Shown piece by piece: positions 25,801-27,986 of a DNA stretch of 27,986 nt. The stretch is taken from the IMG/VR virus record IMGVR_UViG_3300008255_000388, positions 1 through 27,986 of that record. One strand, written 5' to 3'. A program made the translations under genes and the position numbers. Numbering within the stretch: the stretch's first letter is position 1; every line of letters starts with the position of its first letter. The notes below the pieces were generated by a model, which saw nothing but the letters and a program-made list of their open reading frames with translations, had not been told where the DNA came from and did no database searches. The stretch comes from a virus (lineage: Duplodnaviria; Caudoviricetes).

Positions 25801-27986
25801 GAATTGGAGTCATTTCCTCTTTCAAGTATTTCTTGGACTTTGTCATCGCTTATTTCACTCCTATCATGTGCATTTTTAACTTCTAAAGCAAACATATCAA
25901 ATTGACTGTCTGCAAATTGTTCAACATCTTGTTTCTGTTGCTTTAATTTAATAAGTTCTTTCTGGGAATATATGATTTCGTCATTTAACTTATCAGTATA
26001 TTTTTTAAATTCGTCTGGCGTTATATTTGGCTGTTTTTTTATTATATCTGCTCTTTTTTTGTCCAAATCGGCTTTCGCTTTCATTAAGTCGTTTGTCGCT
26101 TTGTCTAATAATTCTTGGTATTCCAATTCAACACTTGATTTTGAGGCTTTACTTTCAATATTTAACGGCTTATCCACGTTAAAATCCAACGAATTTACCG
26201 CTCTATCAACCTTATCTAAAAACGCTACTTTGTTTTTTAGTGTGCTTATCCTGTCATTATTTGTCAGAAATTTATATAATTCTTCTTCGTGGTCGCTGGT
26301 TAGTTCTGTGTAGACGCTTTTTGCTTCACCTATCCAATCCGCAATTTGCTCCGCAATCCTTTTGTCTTGTATTGATGATGAATTATTAAGGGAATTAAGA
26401 GCATAAGCAGCACTTCCTTTTGGGTTCAAATGTGAAAGATTTATTATCTTGGTTGAGTTTTTATCCTCTAATTCCTTTGCCTTTTCTCGAATTTCTTTTT
26501 TTGTAGCGCCATCTTTTCGCATCTTAGAATAAATTTTTGCACGGTCTAAGTCTGTTTCCATTGTTCTGTTTGCATTACTTTCTTCTTTAGCATATTTAAT
26601 GGCATTCCTTTCATCTAAATCGTTTCTCACTACTACTTTTACTTTGCCTTTCCCAAGTCTTTTTATTGCTTCGTGTCTATGGTGCCCAGAAAGTAAATAG
26701 TATTGCCCATTTTTTGGGTCTCTCCAAATATGGATAGGGTCAAATACCTTTTCATTATAATTGGCTACCATACGTTGTATTAAATTTTCATCTAATTTCC
26801 CTCTATTCTGGAATCTTTCTTCGTCCAAGTCAATGTCGGCAAAATTTACATACTTTACATCACTTTCCGCAGTCTTTATTTCTTCGTTATTTTCTTCAAC
26901 TTGTAAGGGTTCCTTACTTGTTGGCTCAATGCCATATCTTTTTACAAATCTGTCATACGCTTCTTCCTGTGGTTTAGGTGCATTTGAACCAACTGGAATA
27001 ATACCACCTTTCTCACGTAAGCCTAAACGTTTTAATTGCTTTATTTGGTCTTCGTTTGGGTTTAAATTAGATATTTTAATTATACCGTTATTGTCTGTGG
27101 TTATATTAATTCCGTCTAAATTAGACGGTTTTTTAGTCTCTATTGGTGTCCCTACATCTAAATTTGCGTCTAACAAATACTTAGCATAATCATAACCAGT
27201 TTTGCCTATGTCATAATCGTTGACCAAATAAACAGTTTTATCGCCAGCCTCTTTCATTCTTTTTTCGTGTGCATCTTGCTGTTGTTGGTTTGCTCTATTA
27301 AAACGTGTCCTTGACATTGGCTTGGCCTTTGACTCAACAAAAGTAGAAACCTTTAACTCACTTTCAGAGTGTATTTTGTCAACAAAATCCTTTATTGACA
27401 TTGTGCCTTTTATTGTGCCAGTAAAATTGTTTTTGGTAGCTAATGCCTTTTTAATCGCACCAATCTGCATAGGCGTTTTACCTTTTGCAAACTCATCTAT
27501 TTCTGAACTTGTTTGTTCGTCTTTTTTTGCCTTTTCTTGGTTTTGCTTTTCAAGTCCCTTTGCTTTTTGGAGTCTGTCCTCTTTTGCTTTTTTGCCCTCA
27601 TCACTTGCATCAAAATTATTCCGCTTTATCCAAGAATCTATGTTGTCTTGCCCTATAAGGTAAGTATCGCCGTTGTGGTTCTTAATCTCATAATTATTAC
27701 CAGTTTTATGTTCTCGTAAGCCTACAATCTCATTTTCACCATCCCTTGTATTGAATTTAACCCCGATATATTGCTTCGTAAGGTCTTTTATTTGACTCTT
27801 ATTTGATTCGGATTCGGAAACTACATCAGATTGTGCGTTTTCAGCCTCTTTTGTAGGTGTTTTTATTTGATTAGGTTTTGATTCATTAACTTCTTGGTTA
27901 GATATACCCAATTCTTTACGGATTGATTCCAAAACCTTTTCCGCACCTTGTTTTTCTGCATCAGACTTAAAACTTCTGAAAAAATA
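16803..27986 (-). CDS. Giant polyvalent DarB-like protein (>3727 aa; 5' end outside the window): ParB-like, SF2 helicase, N6-adenine MTase, zincin peptidase, EELQSD domain, LPD38
   Basis: Frame stays open for 18 more codons from 27932 to the edge; motifs LLSGHHRHEA, GTGTGKT/DESH/SAT/QIEGRIYR, YYPTP/LEPSAGHG/NPPF, HEITH, EELQSD and KMPYGY...ENKNFFGTPI. Confidence 0.9.
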   Translation of the reverse strand, partial: YFFRSFKSDAEKQGAEKVLESIRKELGISNQEVNESKPNQIKTPTKEAENAQSDVVSESESNKSQIKDLTKQYIGVKFNTRDGENEIVGLREHKTGNNYEIKNHNGDTYLIGQDNIDSWIKRNNFDASDEGKKAKEDRLQKAKGLEKQNQEKAKKDEQTSSEIDEFAKGKTPMQIGAIKKALATKNNFTGTIKGTMSIKDFVDKIHSESELKVSTFVESKAKPMSRTRFNRANQQQQDAHEKRMKEAGDKTVYLVNDYDIGKTGYDYAKYLLDANLDVGTPIETKKPSNLDGINITTDNNGIIKISNLNPNEDQIKQLKRLGLREKGGIIPVGSNAPKPQEEAYDRFVKRYGIEPTSKEPLQVEENNEEIKTAESDVKYVNFADIDLDEERFQNRGKLDENLIQRMVANYNEKVFDPIHIWRDPKNGQYYLLSGHHRHEAIKRLGKGKVKVVVRNDLDERNAIKYAKEESNANRTMETDLDRAKIYSKMRKDGATKKEIREKAKELEDKNSTKIINLSHLNPKGSAAYALNSLNNSSSIQDKRIAEQIADWIGEAKSVYTELTSDHEEELYKFLTNNDRISTLKNKVAFLDKVDRAVNSLDFNVDKPLNIESKASKSSVELEYQELLDKATNDLMKAKADLDKKRADIIKKQPNITPDEFKKYTDKLNDEIIYSQKELIKLKQQKQDVEQFADSQFDMFALEVKNAHDRSEISDDKVQEILERGNDSNSAEEFDKLRKDIESKAGAIRNFSESEKASRTEKESRDEEVERRAEEALKEIDKPIDNDTFDVFADSKPKSQDVEDSPKEVEPTPKVEDAKSKRRAKYKAKIGKSDKKAKELLDDMMKDFGNLNSGIDPTKLVGAVKLLSYYTEKGVYKFADVVAELHEQMGGKVKQIIEHLKQAYGLFKQIAPDDILDELDSTKTVRNFKYEDLFDVDNAGQESYINNEEENVSDRPGNSEPNSQASGDNVSLDESLISNDGEPSDYGRNLFGEVNDGTRDNKNSSKGSNKSSSTIDGEPTHNGIPEQNEPTGTTEDDAGDFDGRGSNIFGTDGNEPNGNGSKPSSGNAIESFKKRKARTKRLQDEAESKLVKIGDRANIDETLPYLLPDQREDVFKAEARYFSATPGKGMLFTNGTGTGKTFTGLGVVKRFIKSGKENILIVTPTQPKIDDWVNEAKILNINLVPLENTSDKGKPQAITTFANFRANEALFNRDFDLIIYDESHRLMEDKNGATSSTTMAHWYNGNTDESWVMRKIQKVHPLWVEENNLRDQIRTEGGSRKSLDTMQSVYNKSVEREKALDKKLGTVTEKQRAILPKLEERAKTASGNTKVMFLSATPFRGHFNLKYVNKYLFDWGTEETHIGNSRVNPEARFFLDNFDSAYEWKYHQLQTHPQPNPEAVAMQEIKFAEKMRKEGVMSGRQIDSEYDYSREFPQVSNFNNGEFNRALSDINNHAEDTREFTSLQEATRDVFSNYNYTTQLLESLKAGLVIGRIKEHIALGRQVAVYHRRQQGNARAPFRDIIDITRNKAEAEIKDANALKESNSISQERYAEIIKKNETTLEEVAKFEKKYADLLKYEQTLDYRPAKEQLAEAFKGDIKFINGSVTKKEKINAISSFNNDADGVNVLLVQEEAGKEGISLHDTTGEFQRVLINLSMPISSTTALQIEGRIYRVGQASNAIFEYPLLGLDSEIAHFGHSLNKKVSTTENLAMGNLSRDLLRSYSEGVLFNSTDAKPNLGQGFGGKEYDKRTIIEATPFQQAKFIYHGNQKIRGSRDQREGVDYYPTPEPLGQKMVEWARVKDFGSILEPSAGHGAIAMWTPQNVKLTAIEPSYNLYTKLVARAEGSTQKVLNDTFENYNVINKYDSVVMNPPFGSAGSTAIKHVGKAFNHLRDRGRVVALAPVGAFDAKFEKWLETEKYAVVRQRFLLPSVVFEKAGTKINAQIIIIDKIMNQEARENVETNGDLDLRRAEKIDNFFDGIEDIESLPIEEVVAKNDDSSVIVKPEDINEDDGIAYYEEGKHDKTGDTIYLVKLHVKTSTDDYGKIKAIAKNRGGYWSRYVQAFIFSSAQTAYVAKNEINTLMEGGDNLYQKANTKLLSSLSPKELKSEMALVNELLPDNVKIIVDDKITDNNGISVKGLSEMNNLVIRVNPNIADLTTLPHEITHIALSLVEPQRAELLLRRAGWDGKGSITDVSNESLREAHERIAEGYESYFNDRERFYRDFKKADHRPLARLYEKLKVFFQKIANWFKDKGMREEAKFYSDLSKGKFKNGNKQYGFSKPSFAMQKLKDAFYSQVERLISSKQPDSRTIRSKQLIAMLKNNGAKESELEWLDIEGFLEKNPKANKAELLDYVRANNVKLEVKELGGATSKLAYENAMADYEEEVKSYGKELERYEDEVSELESDIKAKVSSIEQRFKEILKNKKDEAKKTLPSLRSQIKNTYRDKRDNARDKYSGELLREYLDEYDYFESVDLERAEIDMMGEIEYFVGQDMRSVIYEIEDRMSNDLMPETPQEPTEPDIDEYDTSKYSQFQLEGGENYREILLTMPNKKGGDFESGHFDEPNILLHYRVNDRQTDLGKTLFVEELQSDWGQTGRKKGYQSGDAYILMSATGRRTLHGNVESDGSKYFDNYVEAKKVADENGFTVKKVSPEGVPNMPFKTNWQELGMKHILRKAVEEGYDAIAFTTGEQQAERYNLSKQVDAIHYVQEKDGTFSFNAEKDGNANLIVKNNISAKELEGLVGKDIANRMENSEGDTRIGKDIRTGAKTLKGENLKVGGEGMKGFYDKILPSYLNKFGKKYGVKVGEASINDNNKVHSFPISPEMRESILQGQSLFQKTDLTKTEKFKKLANNSGEFDSNNPNILYQKSFKTEMSKYALPKTEVEESNGNPLDDETITEWLERKLIDKNNRVKKLIPTNEATDIYAKMELFTQKAANKYEKVIEYMTNTKDGFLKRLNDDGLNTNDLGKYLYAKHAVERNEYIYEKNGKENGSGITDESALAILDEYKGTNIEQYAKEFRSQVIERSIKELEEGGILSDEQIESFERYENYVPLKGQSGKHNRLLGTKRFNVGSTGIMEAHGRTSTPENPFIQAIMDYRDAVVRAEKNKVLQTVAKYIEEHPNEAVYEVKGRRRTPVYNKFGEMGALKKQDLEDNELAYFERVIEEDEYGDEVYKAKQKVIVFKDGNGRFGGAKDENLLLKSFKGLGVSNSLQLLRMTNNYLRTVITIANPEFLITNFERDLQTALINTGSEKSAKIAAKVLKDVPTAIKSFYKGSDNKDAEWLKYYEEYKSSGAKIGWMDYKSIDELGDTFEKTIIRFNRKGLFKPVARATINFVERLNMSVENGVRLATYKSLRENGVSKQKAAQYAKDLTVNFERKGEWGDVINSGYLFWNAGAQGANRLYRAMKGKNARRIAGGLVALSIMQGVLNRLMDDDDEYGKLSEYERDNHWIFMMGNGKYLKIKMPYGYNVFSVLGNVIADYAHGDTDLETAAGRIGGSFVDAFNPFGSAGSWLQVLSPTLIDPFVQVAENKNFFGTPIYKDQPAFQPNKPDSELYFKSVNPILQDITTFLNKATGGSEIKSGVLDFNPEIVGHMVEFVGGGAGKFVTNALGTGTSLIKGEDLQLNKIPIVRKAVGEPSEWSDMSVIYGMLPDMARKDFSDLEKKQFLKALENARESGKIDYKKYAAFTREFNKYQINGDANPSKSATRNTTRQRPARRRRPARRRGIR

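Larger units (their letters stand above)
1..27986. mobile_element. Temperate bacteriophage genome segment (excised/circular form, attP intact)
   Basis: Portal, terL, terS, replication initiator, RecT, cI/cro switch, tyrosine integrase and a tRNA-derived att core with phage genes on both sides; no host housekeeping genes seen. Confidence 0.95.

Noticed and set aside
24355-27719. Long plus-strand ORFs (e.g. 226, 163, 142 aa) and alternative-frame ORFs inside the giant gene
   Set aside because: Antisense or shadow frames with S/L/F-rich composition expected opposite a K/E-rich gene; the same applies to shadows over terL, rep, MBL, RecT and the ATPase

Overview
The whole 28-kb window is part of a temperate tailed phage genome in its excised or circular form: the attP site is intact and flanked on both sides by phage genes. 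Left to right it contains: a P22-type portal (truncated at the window edge), terL and terS; an RHH regulator; an oppositely oriented two-gene cassette with its own promoter and terminator and an acr-aca-like layout; a repeat-rich regulatory stretch beside an unannotated Hin-type HTH gene; a lambda-O-like replication initiator with internal iterons; VRR-NUC; an MBL nuclease/RecT/Rad50-like ATPase recombination trio; a tRNA-like gene lacking its anticodon arm; xis/CII/cro-like HTH genes; a cI-like repressor; a lipoprotein and a small membrane peptide; a tyrosine integrase; attP (3' half of tRNA-Ala(GGC)); and the 3' 11 kb of a giant (>3700 aa) polyvalent DarB-like protein (ParB-like, SF2 helicase, N6-MTase, zincin, EELQSD domain, LPD38). 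The best novelty candidates are the anticodon-less tRNA mimic with a neighbouring structured segment, the acidic-protein/HTH cassette, and the polyvalent protein. All family assignments come from reading motifs by eye; no database searches were run.
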